Below are positions 38,590 to 52,909 of a stretch of DNA of 64,000 bases, piece after piece. The stretch is from Squalus acanthias (taxonomy: Eukaryota): contig CM059432.1 in assembly GCA_030390025.1 (NCBI GenBank), positions 56,670,001-56,734,000 on the forward strand, in the 5' to 3' direction. Every line of letters starts with the position of its first letter. Positions within the stretch are counted from its first letter, which is position 1. The notes below the pieces were generated by a model. That model was not told the DNA's origin. It searched no databases and saw only the letters and a list, made by a program, of their open reading frames with translations. The translations under genes and the position numbers were made by a program.

Positions 38590-39068
38590 GGAACGTAGAA
38601 CAGTAGTAGGCCATTCAGTCCCTCGAGCCTGTTCCACCATTGAATGGGATCATCTTAACTCCATCCAACCTGTCTTAGCTCCATATCCTTTTATACCCTT
38701 GTCCAGCAAAAATCTATTGATCTCAGATTTAAAATTATTAATTGAACTAGCATCTACTGCTTTTTGTGGGAGACAGTTCCACACTTCTTGCATCATTTGC
38801 ATGAAGAAGTGTTTCCTAATTTCTCTCCTGAATGGCCTGGCTCTGATTTTAAAGTTATGCCTCCTTGTCCTAGATTCCTCCACCAGTGGAAAAAGTTTCT
38901 CTCTATCTACCCTATCAATTCCTTTCAAAATCCTAAAAGCCTCAATCAAATCACGCCTTAACCTTCTATATTCCAGGGAATACAAGGTTAGTTTATGTAA
39001 TCTCACCTCGTAATCTAACCCTTGGAGCCCTGGTAACATTCTGGTGAATCTGTGCTGCAATCCTTCCA
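38590..39068 (-). mobile_element. CR1 3' fragment
   Basis: LEGLQHRFTRMLPGL..YSLEYRRLRRDLIE..WNCLPQKAV and 3' UTR. Confidence 0.85.
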
Positions 39069-39219
39069 AAAGGCTTTTCCTCCCACTCTTAATACCTTCA
39101 GAGTTTCCCAAGGATCTATTCTAGCCCCCTCGTTTCCTTTCCTTTCTTTACATGCTGCCCCACAGAAGCATTATCTGCAGGCATTGGGTCAGTTTCCCTA
39201 ATTACGCTAATGATTTCAT

Positions 39220-40852
39220 CGAATCATAGAATGGTTAAAGCACAGAAGGAGGCCATTCGGCCCGTCGAGCCCGTGCCGGCTCTCTGCAAGAGCACTTCAG
39301 CTCGTCCCACTCCCCCGTCCTTTCCCCGGAGCCCTACAAATTATTTTCCTTCAGGTACTTATCCAATTCCCTTTTGAAAGCCATGATTGAGTCTGCATCC
39401 ACCATCCTTTCAGGCAGTGCATTCCAGATCCTAACCACTCGCTGCATAAAAAAGTTTTTCCTCATGTCGCCTTTGGTTCTTTTGCCAATCACCTTAAATC
39501 TTTGTCCTCTGGTTCTCGACCCTTCTGCCGCCAATGGGAACAGTTTCTCTCTATCTACTCTGTCTAGACTCCTCGTGATTTTGAACACCTCTATCAAATC
39601 TCCTCTCAACCTTATCTGCTCCATAGAGAACAACCCCAGCTTCTACAGTCTATCCACATAACTGAAGTCCCTCATCCCTGGAATCATTCTCGTAAATCTT
39701 TTCTGCACCCTCTCTAAGGCCTTCACAGCCTTCCTAAAGTGCGGTGCCCAGAATTGGACACAATACTCCAGTTGAGCCCGAACCAGTGTTTTATAAATGT
39801 TCATCATAACTTCCTTGCTTTTGTGCTCTATGCCTCTATTTATGAAGCCCAGGATCCCGTATGCTTTTTTAACCACTCTCTCAACCTGCCCTGCCACCTT
39901 CAACGATTTGTGCACATATACCCCAGGTCTCTCTGTTCATGCACACCCTTTAGGATTGTACCCTTTAATTTATATTGCCACTCCTCGTTCTTCCTACCAA
40001 AATGTATCACTTTGCACTTTTCTGCGTTAAATTTCATCTGCCACGTGTCTGCCCATTCCACCAGCCTGTCTATGTCTTCTTGAAGTCTATCACTATTCTC
40101 CTCACTGTTCACTATACTTCCAAGTTTTGTGTCATCTGCAAATTTTGAAATCGTGCCTTGTACTCCCAAGTCCAAGTTATTAATATATATCAAGAAATGC
40201 AGTGGTCCTAGAACCGACCCCTGGGGACCACCACTATATACCTTCCTCCAGTCCGAAAAACAACCGTTCACCACTACTCTCTGTTTCCTGTCACTTAGCC
40301 AATTCCGTATCCATGGGCTTCATCCTTTTGTTCCATGGGCTTCAACTTTGCTGGCAAGATTATTATGTGGCACTTTGTCAAACGCCTTTTGGAAATCCAT
40401 GTACACCACGTCAACCGCATTGCCCTCATCAACCCTCTCTGTTACCTCATCAAAAAACTTAATCAAGTTGGTTAAATACGATTTGCCTTTAACAGATATG
40501 TGCTAGCTTTCCTTAATTAATCCACACTTGTCCAAGTGACTGTTAACTTTGTCCCTGATTATCATTTCTGAAAGCTTCCCCACTACCGAGGTTAAACTGA
40601 CTGGCCTGTAGTTGCTAGGTTTATCCTTGCACCCTTTTTTGAACAAGGGTGTAACATTTGCAATTCTCCAGTCCTCTGGTACCACCCCCATATTTAAGGA
40701 GGATTGGAAGATTATGGCCAGTACCTCCGCGATTTCCACCTTAACCTTCCTCAGCATCCTAGGATGCATCCCATCCGGTCCTGGTGACTTATCAACTTTA
40801 AGTACAGACAGCCTTTCCAGTACCTCCTGTTTATCAATTTTTACCTCATCCA
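39220..40852 (-). mobile_element. CR1 LINE, 5'-truncated (RT and 3' end)
   Basis: [35 protein letters not shown]; (attctatg) tail. Confidence 0.92.
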
Positions 40853-41754
40853 CATCTCATGCAGAATTTGCTGCTCCACATCTGCACCACCATCAATTCC
40901 AAGACTACTGTGCTATCCTCTCCTGTCCCTACACAATCACCCAGGAGAGAAAAAAAAAGAGAAAAACATTAGATCAATCTAAGAAAAAACTTTTAGAAAA
41001 TTCCACTCTGACCCTTGAAGATGATCAAGTAAGTCCAGATGACCACAATGACTGGATAACATAATTCTCACCTAATGACTCACCTAACTTCTATATGTAA
41101 AGATGTTTGCCACTCTCAGGAACTCATGCTGCTCCATTTTGAATTCTTCACAGACCTACAAGCACTGCACATGCCAGCAGTTCATTACAGAGGTGGACAG
41201 CTCTCTGCAAAAAGTCGTACCCCATCGAATCTAACTTGGTTCTGTGCTTTCAGAACTTAAATATGTCCCCTCCCTAACCTATCTAGTTTAAATACCCTAT
41301 CTCATTGAATCAAGTCTTAATACTTTCATTATTTTAAAGATCTGAATCACAACTCCTCAGAGTTCATGGAACCACTTGTTTTCCTATGCCAACGGCTTTT
41401 TATCCAAGCTTTTTTCAAGTAGTCAACATTTTAGGGCTGTACCAACTTTTTATGGCTGGTAGATAGCTTTTGGTAATTTTCTAGGTTGGCATGTAAGAAT
41501 ACTTCACGTAGAACAAGTGGAAAGGCCCAGTGAGTATGCAGGCCTGGCTGCAGCTGTATATCCTGTAGTCTCCTTCATTATGGCCTTCACCTTGAGAAAG
41601 ATCTAGAAGTTCTCTGAATCTTTTCATATAAATCTTCTCCTGTTTCTGGCAAATTTAGTACATGTAGTCAAGTAAGAAATGCAGAAGAAGGCCTTAAAGA
41701 AAGTGATACCAGCAGTGACAACTGTTTAATTGAAAAAAGCAACACAGTTAATCG

Positions 41755-42625
41755 AGTTCCATTCACAACTCTTCAGATAATGAAGCAGTCCACACCTGCA
41801 TGCAAAAAACCTGGACGGTATTCATGCTTGGGCTGATAAGTGGCAAGTAACATTCGCGCCACACAAGTGCCAGGCAATGACTATCTCCAACAAGCGAGAT
41901 TCTAACCATTGCCCCTTGTCATTCAATGGCATTACCATTGCCGAATCCCCCACCATCAACATCCTGGGGGTCACCATTGACCAGAAACTTAACTGGACCA
42001 GCCACATAAATACTGTGGCCACAAATGTAGGTCAGAGGCTGGGTATTCTGCGGCGAGTGTCTCACCTCCTGACTCCCCAAAGCCTCTCCACCATCTACAA
42101 GGCACAAGTGAAGAATGTGTTGGAATACTCTCCACTTGCCTAGATGAGTGCCGCTCCAACAGCACTCAAGAAGCTCAACACCATCCAGAACAAAGCAGCC
42201 TACTTGATTGGCACCCCATCCACCACCTTAAACATCCACTGCCTCCCCCACGGCGCACCGTGGCTGCAGTGTGTACCATCTACAAGATGCACTGCAACAA
42301 CTCGCCAAGGCTTCTTCGACAGCACCTCCCAAACCCACGACTTCTACCACCTAGAAAGACGAGGGCAGCAGGCGCATGGGAACACCACCACCTCCAAGTT
42401 CCCCACCATCCTGACTTGGGAATATATCGCCGTTCCTTCACCGTCGCTGGGTCAAAGTCTTGGAACTCCCTACCTAACAGCACTGAGAGAGTACCTTCAC
42501 CACAAGGACTGCAGCGGTTCAAGAAGGCGGCTCACCACCACCTTCTCAATGGCAATTATTAATGGACAATTAATACTGGCCTTGCCAGCGACGCTCACGT
42601 CCTAGGAACGAAGATAAAAAAAAAA
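41755..42625 (+). mobile_element. 3' part of the tRNA-headed LINE family
   Basis: WADKWQVTFAPHKCQ, ILGVTIDQKLNWTSHI, EYSPLA, SWNSLP, FKKAAHHHLL; tail ggccttgccagcgacgc and poly-A. Confidence 0.9.
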
Positions 42626-42804
42626 GATTAGTAGAGATGGTTTTGTAAAGTTACTGAGCTCTGGTATGGGGGAACTGAATACTCACAAACACAAGTGAAA
42701 GTGAAGGAACTGGTTAATAATGGAATCAGCTAAGTTAATTCAGCTGTCTTGCATCGTCTGAATCAATTATTCCACTAAGTCAGGACCTGTGCTATTAGGA
42801 CATG

Positions 42805-43399
42805 GGAGTAGAGTTTCCGCTTTGGGTGCAATTGAGGAAACGGGTGCAAATTGCACCCATTTTGGAAAGTGTTTTTTTCTCGCGTTTCCGCTCAAACTTA
42901 TTTGCATATCATCGAATGCAAAAACTGCTATGAACCAGCGCAATTGGGCAGCGTTTTAAAACGTAATTTAAAAAAAAAATTTGCTTTAAAAAAATAATGC
43001 CTTGATATATTTAAGAGTGGTAGCTAGGTGCAGTTTTGATTAATACAGCTTAAAATGGGTTTATCAGAAAAAAATAATCATTTTTCAATCTAATGAAAAT
43101 GACTTTAAAAAAAAATACAGAACTATTTCCGAGTTATTTTGGGGTACAGTAGTCAGTTTTGAGGTAAGTTAACATAAAATTGCATTGAAGATCTTTTAAA
43201 GCTTTCCTATTAGTGTCCTTACACCCAAAAGAATCAGCTTAATTTTTAGAACCTCCTCGAAGGCCCACAAACAAGCGCAATTAGCGGAAACTACCAATGT
43301 CGATTAATTCACCTTGGGGGTGTGGCCAGTTTTGTGGGCGGGGCCTGCTTCTCGAGCAATGTTTTGTAAACTAGCGCAATCGAGCGGAAACTCCAAGCC
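42805..43399. mobile_element. Harbinger-type MITE
   Basis: TIRs GGAGTAGAGTTTCCGC / GCGGAAACTCCAAGCC (13/16), internal repeats of gtttccgc, flanks ATG/ATA. Confidence 0.65.
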
Positions 43400-45929
43400 A
43401 TATATCCAGAAAATCAACAGTAATGGACAGATAATCAATCCAATTAAACATTTGTGTCGCATTTTGATTTTTTTTACAAGCATTGTTGATGGTTAGACTT
43501 GCACTTCAAACATGTGTCAAATGATATTTTTGTGTTCCAGTGGGCACCCTCTTTGTCTGCTACTGAGATGCACTGGGCTCTATTTCTTCTAGTGACATAA
43601 GGAGTTTTCCCCTATCCTCCATGCATGGCTGGAGATGTAAGGAATATGTTAAGCAGCTCAATAGAAATACACAATTCCCTTTATATACTGTGCCAGTGGT
43701 CAACTTCTGTTCTTTTTATCCTGCCTAACAATGCGTTTTATGCATCTCTCTGATGAGCTTAATTGATTTCCTTTCATAATAACATTCCTCTCGTACTTTC
43801 TTGGTAATCCTCTGGCAGAGAAGGTTTTTTTTTACTGTACACAATATATAACTCACGCTTCCAATTTACTTTATATAAATGAGTTTTAACGGGAATAATT
43901 TTTGTTCGAAATAATTGCAGCAGAAGTGGCAGGTACACTACACAATCCGAACAGTTTACTGAAAAGCTACTTCAAGCTGCAGCTGTTGAATACCCATAAC
44001 TATTGTATTGGCTGTCTTAAGATTCAGTAATTGCAGGGAGATTGCTTCGGTCAACAGCAGCTTTAGTTAGTTAGATCTCTTCGAGATAGAAGAGGGATGA
44101 AGTCCTTTCAATAATTTCTTAATGGGTCACAATTTCACAAACCCGGCTTGTGGAACTCTTACCACCATGTCTTCCTCCTTTAAGCCTCCTCTTGCACACA
44201 AAATGCATGTTTTGTTGAGCAGACTTTCTGTACGAAACTGACTGACTTGGCATTTAAAAGTTGGCCACAGAAAGAGCTAGATTACAAACATTGTCAACAG
44301 TAGATAAATCATAGGTGTGAGATTGTGAGTCAGCTACGTACCTGAGGTATCATCTGCTCCCAAAAACATGAACACAGTTAAAACCAGCAAGCTGAGTTTG
44401 TTAATTGGCCAAAAAATGAGGGGAAATAAACTGGCAATGTGTGAGCTGGCAATATGTTTGATACTTGCAGGTTTTCAAGGCATGGGGAAAAGGATGGTTG
44501 AGTCAACAAAAGGACAGGTTGGGAAGGTCCATTTTCCTCTTTGTGACTTTGCTGATGATGGTGACAGTAAAAGATGTGGAACTTACTTTCTCTCTATTCT
44601 GTGGATAAAAACGATGGCTTGGGGTGATTATAGTTGAGACTGTGGTCTGGTCTTCAGTGGGCCAAAGCTCCACCCATGCATGGGAAAATGGTGAAGGGAA
44701 AAATGCAGTAACCTATTTAGTACATGGCTGATATTGCTGCATAAGCAGTATATCTGCCTGGTGTTTAATGTTGGCATCTGGGGGAAATTCTGCAATGCTT
44801 CACTCCTGGTATGGAGCACCACTTTTTGTGAGCACAGGTTGCAGAATTACCTTCATCAAGTTTATATGACTATCTCCACCCTGTGACACGAAACGTCTCA
44901 CAAAATTAATCCTCCAGCAACTGCTTAGTAGACGTGGAAATATTTTTTTTAAAGGTACAGTTTTGTTCCTTGGATAGAATTGGAGTTTCTATAAGCGCAA
45001 GAATGGGATTAAGTAGGGAGAAGTCATACAACATCTAGGCTTGGAGCAGCACAACGTCAGACCTGCCAACAGGGAGAAACATGATGACATTTGGACTGAT
45101 GGCAGGGAGAGTCAGGTCAGTATTGGGACTTGGCAAGCACAACAGTGGGATTTGGGCAGGGAGAGGCAGCACAACATTAATGCTCAAGCAGGAGAAGCAA
45201 GCTTGCAATATTGGGACACAGACAGGAAATTTAGCAGTATGTTAGGTACTCAGTTATTACCAAAGACCAAGAGCCAAGTCTATAACTATAAAAAGACACA
45301 ATTCTAAGAGACAAGGGTAAAATTGAAACATGTGAATTGGAGGTGTATATTTATCAACATTTCAATGGTTGTTAAATGGAGCAAGAATAATTCTTGACAT
45401 GCTAAGATCAGCAAGCTCAGACTAAACAAGTGTGGCACGAAATGGATTAAAAAACAAATTCAAAGTGAAATAAAGAGGAAAATTGACTTCTACAAATTCT
45501 GCAGATAGTAAGGAGAAGAGGCTTACTGCGATGACGATTGATCCAGACAGAAACAAGTTCATCAGAGAGGCTTAAAAAAGCATAACTGCAGGGGCAAAGT
45601 ATAGTAGTAAATCATTCTTTCAGTAATAAAACAACAAGAGGACTGTCAGAGAAGAGGTGAGAACATTAAAAGATTCAAATAGTTTGGGATAGAGCAGCAT
45701 TTGGAGGAACAGCAGGGTAGAAGGTGGCAGTTTTGAAGAGGAAAGAGCAATTAATGATGTCTGCAAACAATAAACTGAGATTGTTGTGGTAAGGAGCTAG
45801 GTTGCAAGAAGATTTGGGGTGTCGAGGCTAACGGGAGAATCTACAGCCTATTTTGGGGTTGAGCTGTGGTCAGATATGGGTGAAGAGAAATGAAGGAAGG
45901 GAATTCAAAAAAAATTTTAAAAAAATAAT

Positions 45930-47260
45930 TTATAGGATGTGGGCGTCGCTGGCAAGGCCAGCATTTATTGCCCATCCCTAATTGCCCTTGAGAAGGTGGT
46001 GGTGAGCCGCCGCCTTGAACCGCTGCAGTCCGTGTGGTGAAGGTACTGTTAGGTAGGGAGTTCCAGGATTTTGACCCAGCGACGATGAAGGATCGGCGAT
46101 ATACTTCTAAGTCAGGATGGTGTGTGACTTGGAGGGGAACTTGTAGGTGATGGTGTTCCCATGTGCCTGCTGCCCTTGTCCTTCTAGGTGGTAGAGGTCA
46201 CGGGTTTGGGCGGTGCTGCCGAAGAAACCTTGGCGAGTTGCTGCAGTGCATGTTGTAGATGGTACACACTGCAGCCACGGTACGCCGGTGGTGGAGGGAA
46301 TGACTGTCTAAGGTGGTGGATGGGGTGCCAATTAAGTGGGCTGCTTTGTCCTGGATGGCGTCGAGCTTCTTGAGTGTTGTTGGAGCTGCACTCATCCAGG
46401 CAAGTGGCGAGTATTCCATCACACTCCTTACTTGTACCTTGTAGATGGTGGAAAGGCTTTGGGGAGTCAGGAGGTGAGATACTCTCTGCAGAATACCTAG
46501 CTTCTTACCTGCTCTTATTGCCACAGTATTTATGTGGCTGGTCCAGTTAAGTTTCTGGTCAATTCTGACCCCCAGGATGTTGATGGTGGGGGATTCGGCG
46601 ATGGTAATGCTGTTGAATGTCATGGGAAGGTGGTTAGACTCTCGCTTGTTGGAGATAGTCATTGTCTGGCACTTGTGTGGCGCGAATGTTACCTGCCACT
46701 TATCAGCCCAAGTCTGAACGTCGTCCAGGTCTTGTTGCATGCGGGCATGGACTGCTTCATTATCTGAGGAGTTGTGAATGGCGCTGAATACTGTGCAATC
46801 ATCAGCGAACATCCCCATTTCTGACCTTATGTTGGAGAGAAGATCATTGATGAAGCAGCTGAAGATGGTTGGGCCTAGGACACTGCCCTGAGGAACTCCT
46901 GCAGCGATGTCCTGGGGCTGTGATGATTGACCTTCAACCACCACAACCATCTTCCTTTGTGCTAGGTATGACTCCAGCCAGTGGAGTGTTTTCCCCCTGA
47001 TTCCCATTGACTTCAGTTTTATTAGGGCTCATTGATGCCACACTTGGTCAAATGCTGTTATGAGGTCGGGAGCCGAGTGCTCTTGGCGGAACCCAAACTG
47101 GGCATCACTGAGCAGGTTTTTGGTGAGTAAGTGCCGCTTGATAGCACTGTCGATGACACCTTCCATCATTTTGCTGATGATTGAGAGTAGACTGATGGGG
47201 CGGTAATTGGCCGGGTTGGATTCGTCCTGCTTTTTTTGGACAGGACATAGCTGGGCAATG
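45930..47260 (-). mobile_element. RT and 3' end of the tRNA-headed LINE family (best-preserved copy)
   Basis: 269-aa ORF with [23 protein letters not shown]; upstream NYRPISLLS and QFGFR; full 3' tail. Confidence 0.92.
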
Positions 47261-47620
47261 ATGGTAGAATGTTGGAGGAGGCAGTATGTGTTAGAAAAAA
47301 AGAGTTTGGTGTTGTCCTTACCCTCCAGGATGATCCTAGAGCAGTGTGAGGTTTTGGCCTGAGGCAAGGAGAGGCAATATTATTTGAAGTGGTTAACTTA
47401 GATTTGGTAATGGATGACAAGGCCAGTCATGGGCCTTCAAATCTGTAGCCCTTAGATTTGAAGATATCATTGTGGGTGTTGTACCTGAGAAATGCAGTAC
47501 AAGGAGACAGTGGTGTCAAGGTAGGTAGAGAACAGTGGAGAGGTAGTTTAGAATTAGGTTGTTGGTGAGGGAGCTGCGGGGGATTACTTTTTCCCCAGAG
47601 CTGAGAGTTGGGATTTGTTA
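47260..47620 (-). mobile_element. Degraded L2-like LINE fragment
   Basis: AKTSHCSRIILEGKDNTKLFFS resembles the L2 ORF2 linker; heavily decayed. Confidence 0.4.
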
Positions 47621-47944
47621 GAGAGGTGGCGAGTGATCAGTGATAATAAAACATGCAGTGAAAAAAATAGCTCGACAAACTTTTTCTGAACAGGTTTATG
47701 TGCAGCTGTTGACACTGGTCTCTCTGTTTAATGGAAGAACATTTTGTACCTAATACAATTTTTTAATGTAACATATTTATGTAGCAAACAAAATAGAGGA
47801 ATAAAAAGTTCCTGAATATAATTTATTTAAGACTTTCAAATTTATAATAGTTCTTTACTTGCCTTTTTCTCAGAAAATGAAGCAGTAAAGTTATTCAAGT
47901 CTAATTTTAGTAAAAATTTGACATAAAAAAGGCTTGTAGTCATT

Positions 47945-50230
47945 GGCCCGGAATTTGCGGTCAGTGGCGAAGCAAAGGCGTTCGCCACTGGCCCCGAAAA
48001 AAGTTGTCCACAAAGATCTTGCAATCTCTGTGGCGAGAAGTTTACTTTTTATGATGCGCACGTGAGATCAGTGCAGTGTAGTGGGAATCCCATAGTGTGA
48101 TCTGCTGTGACGTCAACAAGCTGTCTCAGCAGCCAATCACAATGCAGAATTCTTACAAACAGGGAACTAGGAAGTGAAGAAGTTGCTTTATTCTGACTTT
48201 TTAAAAATGTTAGTGAAATAAAGATTGAGGCTCTCATGGAGAAAAGGTGAACCAGAAATAAATAAGAACAAACTTTAAAAAATATGTATATTTTTTAAGT
48301 TTCTTAAAAATTGTAATTTTTATTAGAATGGAGAAATTTGACACTCCACAAAATTAAAATTAGTTTTTCAAGGCCATAACGTTTGTTTAGCAGTCATTAC
48401 GCTGTTAAAACCCTAGTTATACCTAATCCAACAAGGCCTAACTTTTAATGAGGTATTTAAGAACGATATTACTGCAGAAAAGCCCAAGTTTTTTACAGTT
48501 TCACTGATTTCCCTGATTACTCTGATTGCCGGCTATGTTGCGGGGTGGGGGTTGAAGCTACCTGACAGGTCAGAATTGAGATTGAAATTTTGTTTTTTTA
48601 CTTATTATTCCCTTTCTTCATTAACTCAACAACTTACTCCTTAGAGGTCAATATTGAATGAAGGAAATTGTTTGGATGTAACAAGCTCTTATAGTGTTTG
48701 CATGGTTAACTGATGATGAACACTTAGATAAACATAATTTAATAGGACAAAGTCAGCATGGCTTTATGAAGGGGAAGTCATGTCTGACAAATTTGCTTGA
48801 GTTCTTTGAGGACATAACGTACAGGGTGGATAAAGGAGAACCAATGTACGTAGTGAATTTAGACTTCCAGAAGGCATTCGACAAGGTGCCACATAAAAGA
48901 TTATTGCTCAAGATAAAAAATCACTGGATTGGGGGGAATATTCTGGCATGGGTGGAGGATTGGTTATCTAACAGGAAGCAGAGAGTTGGGATAAATGGTT
49001 CATTCTCGGACTGGCAACCAGTAGCCAGTGGTGTTCTGCAGGGGTCGCTGCTGGGTCCCCAACTCTTTACAATCTATATTAACGATTTGGAGGAGGGGAC
49101 CGAGTGTAACATATCAAAGTTTGCAGATGATACAAAGATGGGAGGGGAAAGTAGAAAGTGAGGAGGACATAAAAAACCTACAAGGGGATATAGACAGGCT
49201 GGGTGAGTGGGCGGAGATTTGGCAGATGCAATGCAATATTGGAAAATGTGAGGTTATGCACTTTGGCAGGAAAAATCAGAGAGCAAGTTATTATCTTAAT
49301 GGCGAGAAACTGGAAAGTACTGCAGTACAAAGGGCTCTGGGGGTCCTGGTGCAAGAAAATCAAAAAGTTAGTATGCAGGTGCAGCAGGTGATCAAGAAGG
49401 CCAACGGAATGTTGGCTTTTATTGCTAGGGGGATAGATTATAAAAACAGGGAGGTATTGCTGCAGTTATATAAGGTATTGGTGAGACCGCACCTGGAATA
49501 CTGCATACAGTTTTGGTGTCCATACTTAAGAAAAGACATACTTGCTCTCGAGGCAGTACAAAGAAGGTTCACTCGGTTAATCCCCGGGATGAGGGGGTGG
49601 ACATATGAGGAGAGGTTGAGTAGATTGGGACTCTACTCATTGGAGTTCAGAAGAATGAGAGGCGATCTTATTGAAACATATAAGATTGTGAAGGGGCTTG
49701 ATCGGGTGGATGCGGTAAGGATGTTCCCAAGGATGGGTGAAACTAGAACTAGGGGGCATAATCTTAGAATAAGGGGCTGCTCTTTCAAAACTGAGATGAG
49801 GAGAAACTTCTTCACTCAGAGGGTAGTAGGTCTGTGGAATTTGCTGCCCCAGGAAGCTGTGGAAGCTACATCATTAAATAAATTTAAAACAGAAATAGAC
49901 AGTTTCCTAGAAGTAAAGGGAATTAGGGGTTACGGGGAGCGGGCAGGAAATTGGACATGAGGCTGCGTTCGAATCGGTCAAGGCCCTGTGGGTGGCGTAA
50001 CAGGCCCAGGGGCTGAGTGGCCAGGTCATGCTCCTACTTCTTGTGTTCTTTAGATTTGAGGTTAGGATCAGATCAGCCATGATCTTGTTGAATGGCGGAG
50101 CAGGCTCGGGGGGCCGATTGGCCTACTCCTGCTCCTGTTTCTTATGTTCTTATGACATCATGCGCTAACACAGAAACTCTTGATAAATAGAGCTCACCGC
50201 TAACATTATGGATTTACTGAAGATTTTGGC
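47945..50230. mobile_element. Harbinger-type MITE interrupted by CR1
   Basis: Left TIR GGCCCGGAATTTGCGGT after ATT; tgacgtca and ccaat motifs; AT-rich core; degraded right end near 50230 is tentative. Confidence 0.55.
48717..50154 (+). mobile_element. CR1 LINE, 5'-truncated, with doubled 3' UTR
   Basis: [32 protein letters not shown], 310-aa C-terminal ORF, (ttcttatg)2 tail. Confidence 0.93.
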
Positions 50231-51589
50231 AATAAGCAGTATTTTCCTACAGAGCCTATTTTTATCAGAACTTAGTCACCCTTAAAGGCTGTTTAAAGGG
50301 ACTTTTTTAAATTCTAAGCCCATTCTATGTTCAATTGTATATGATGATAAAACATAATTGCCATTAGCCAATCAAAAAGTAAGCACTATAATTATGACTC
50401 CATTTTTCATCTGTGACGTGCAGTATCCCTGAGGTATTCATTTGAAATAGCCATTGTGTACTTGCATTAAATTTTAAGTGTTCAAGGCAATTATTTATAA
50501 TAAGGTTAAGTATTCACTTTTAATATTTTATAAGGCAAGATTAAGAAAGTGCTGCAATATGCTCAAAATATTGTAGCACTAATCTTATCTGTACGATGGT
50601 ACTTCTGTGGAATATGTTTAAAACTGATTTTTTTCTCGAGTAATTTTTAAAAGGAAGATTTCATCTAATTTAAGCAGAGTTGACGCAGGATTGAATATAT
50701 TTATAACTCTATTTCTGTGTATGCGTGAATCTCTCTGTCTATTTTTTCTGTCTCTTTCCCTCCCTCTCTCTCTCTCGTGTACACACACACATCTCCTCCA
50801 GCATTGCTCATGCTGAGTCAGAGGTTTTATAAAAACAAGGGTGTTTTGCCAAGTGTATGACCAAGGAAACAAAGTCATCACCATTGGGAGTAGCACTGAG
50901 AACTGGGAGCGCTGGGAAGGAGTACCAGAGTCTGGCAGCAGTGGAATGTGGTCTTGGGGTCAATCAAAGTAGGACATTGAATTGTGATAACAGAAAATGC
51001 TCACTAAAACAAGATTTTTAACAATACATATATGGTGTGGCATTGCTCAGTGAATCAGAAAATATATTGTTTTATAACAATTGGGGTTGTTTATGCCATG
51101 TAGAGGGATGCTGAATAAGTCAACTTCCATATATTACATGGTATTCTGGGATTGTTTACTGGGGTTTGGGGAATAATTTCCATCACTGCTCATTATTCTG
51201 GGAAAATGTAAAGGTCAGCTGTGGAGAAGGAACTTGGGATTTGGCAGAACTGTGGCAGTGTAATTTTGGGCTCACTGGTGAAATCCTAGTGTCAATCAGT
51301 AATGAGAGGAGGAGGAAGAAGGCATAGGCCTGACAGCACTGGGTGCAAGTAGGGCATCCCATGTCTGATTGCACTTATTTGCTATGTTCTAAGAGATTTT
51401 TCACCTCACCCAATTTTTTGCTCCATTGACTTCAGTGGAGTGTAATATTGGGTGGGTTGAAAAATGGGCATCTCACCCAAACCTGCCTGCTCCTGCAAAG
51501 CGGGTGACGTTAAAATTATCCTCTTTCTCTATCAGTGTGTATCACTGCCTGCTTCTGTGTATTTGTCTCTCACAGTTGTAAGTAATTAG

Positions 51590-52141
51590 AATGTGGTATA
51601 TTCAAGCAAATAATGTGGTATATTCAAGCAAATAATGTGGTATATTCAAGCAAATAATGTGGTATATTCAAGCAAATAATGTGGTATATTCAAGCAACTA
51701 ATGTGGTATATTCAAGCAAATAATCTGGTATATTCAAGCAAATACAGGAAACTCTTTATTAACCGGCACCCAAATATCCGGAAATCTCTCTTAACCGGCA
51801 AAATTCTTGAGTAGGTAACCGGGGTTTTCCTTCATCTCTCGTTTAAAATTAACTTTAAAAAAAACCCCGAGGCGTTTGCCTTGTATCGGAGCGTGGAGAT
51901 TGGGAGGGGAATGTGCAGCCCGGGTAGGCAGCGGACACGACAGATGGTCAGCTGGTGGTCCCCGGGGAGACGGAGCTCCGAATGCAGGCGCATGTCAATG
52001 TGTACGGGGCTCTCGTACGTTGGGAGATATAACTCTCCGTTATCCGGACTTTTTGATTAACCGGCACCACGCCGGTCCCGTCGGTGCCGGTTAATAAAGA
52101 GTTTCCTGGCATGTGTTATATTCAAGCAAATAATATGGTAT
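51590..52141 (+). repeat. 22-bp minisatellite (aatgtggtatattcaagcaaat), seven units plus ~1.5 units beyond the MITE
   Basis: Direct reading of units 51590-51743 and 52111-52141. Confidence 0.95.
51745..52108. mobile_element. pogo/Tc1-mariner-type MITE
   Basis: Perfect 26-bp TIR CAGGAAACTCTTTATTAACCGGCACC; TA on left flank (right flank reads GC); internal repeats of ttaaccggca. Confidence 0.85.
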
Positions 52142-52909
52142 GAAAAATAAGAAGGAATATATTCAACCACCTCGTCAGGAATATACTGTTAAATGTTCCA
52201 AAAAGAGAAAGTAATCACTGACTATTCCTTCTTATTTCCTTCAGTGGTTTAACTGGGCATGTATGACATGTCCACACTCACTCCAACAAATACATACTAA
52301 TATACCAGCAGCACCATCACGTGACCAGCTGGTCCTGCAGCTGCATTTTGCTTCAGCCAAAAATGCTCTGTATATCACGGAGTAACTACCACTCCCTAGT
52401 TCTATTTCGCCCTCTATCTGTCCCTCTTATCTATCTGTTTCTATTTCACAATCTCATATTCAGTTCTCACGTTGCTAAATTTAACTGTTCTTTTCCTCGT
52501 TGGACATAACTCAATGCCCCTCTTTCTCCCCTTCCATCTTACTTATATTTTAATCCCCCACTTTTGATATCTAACAGCAAATATATCATCATAGTTCAGA
52601 ATTATTATTAATGCTGATTTGTTTAGTCAAATGAAATTGTCAAATACTTTACAAAAATTATATTAAAATATGCAATTTGCACCAATTCTATAAAACACTA
52701 AAATATATTTAAATTTGTGTACAGTCTAATCTATTACACAATATTTTAAATTGGCTTTATTCCTAAACTTTTAAAGTTATATTTTCAAGTACAGATTATC
52801 CTCATTTTCCAATTAATAATTTCATTTCAGTTTCTATATCCAGTGTAATCTATTTTGCATTGATTTATTTTTCACCATCATTTATTACGTCCCTATCTTA
52901 ACTAATAAT

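Noticed and set aside
51590..51743. Regular 22-bp repeats suggestive of a CRISPR array
   Set aside because: Units are contiguous with no spacers, there are no cas genes and the context is eukaryotic; it is a minisatellite.
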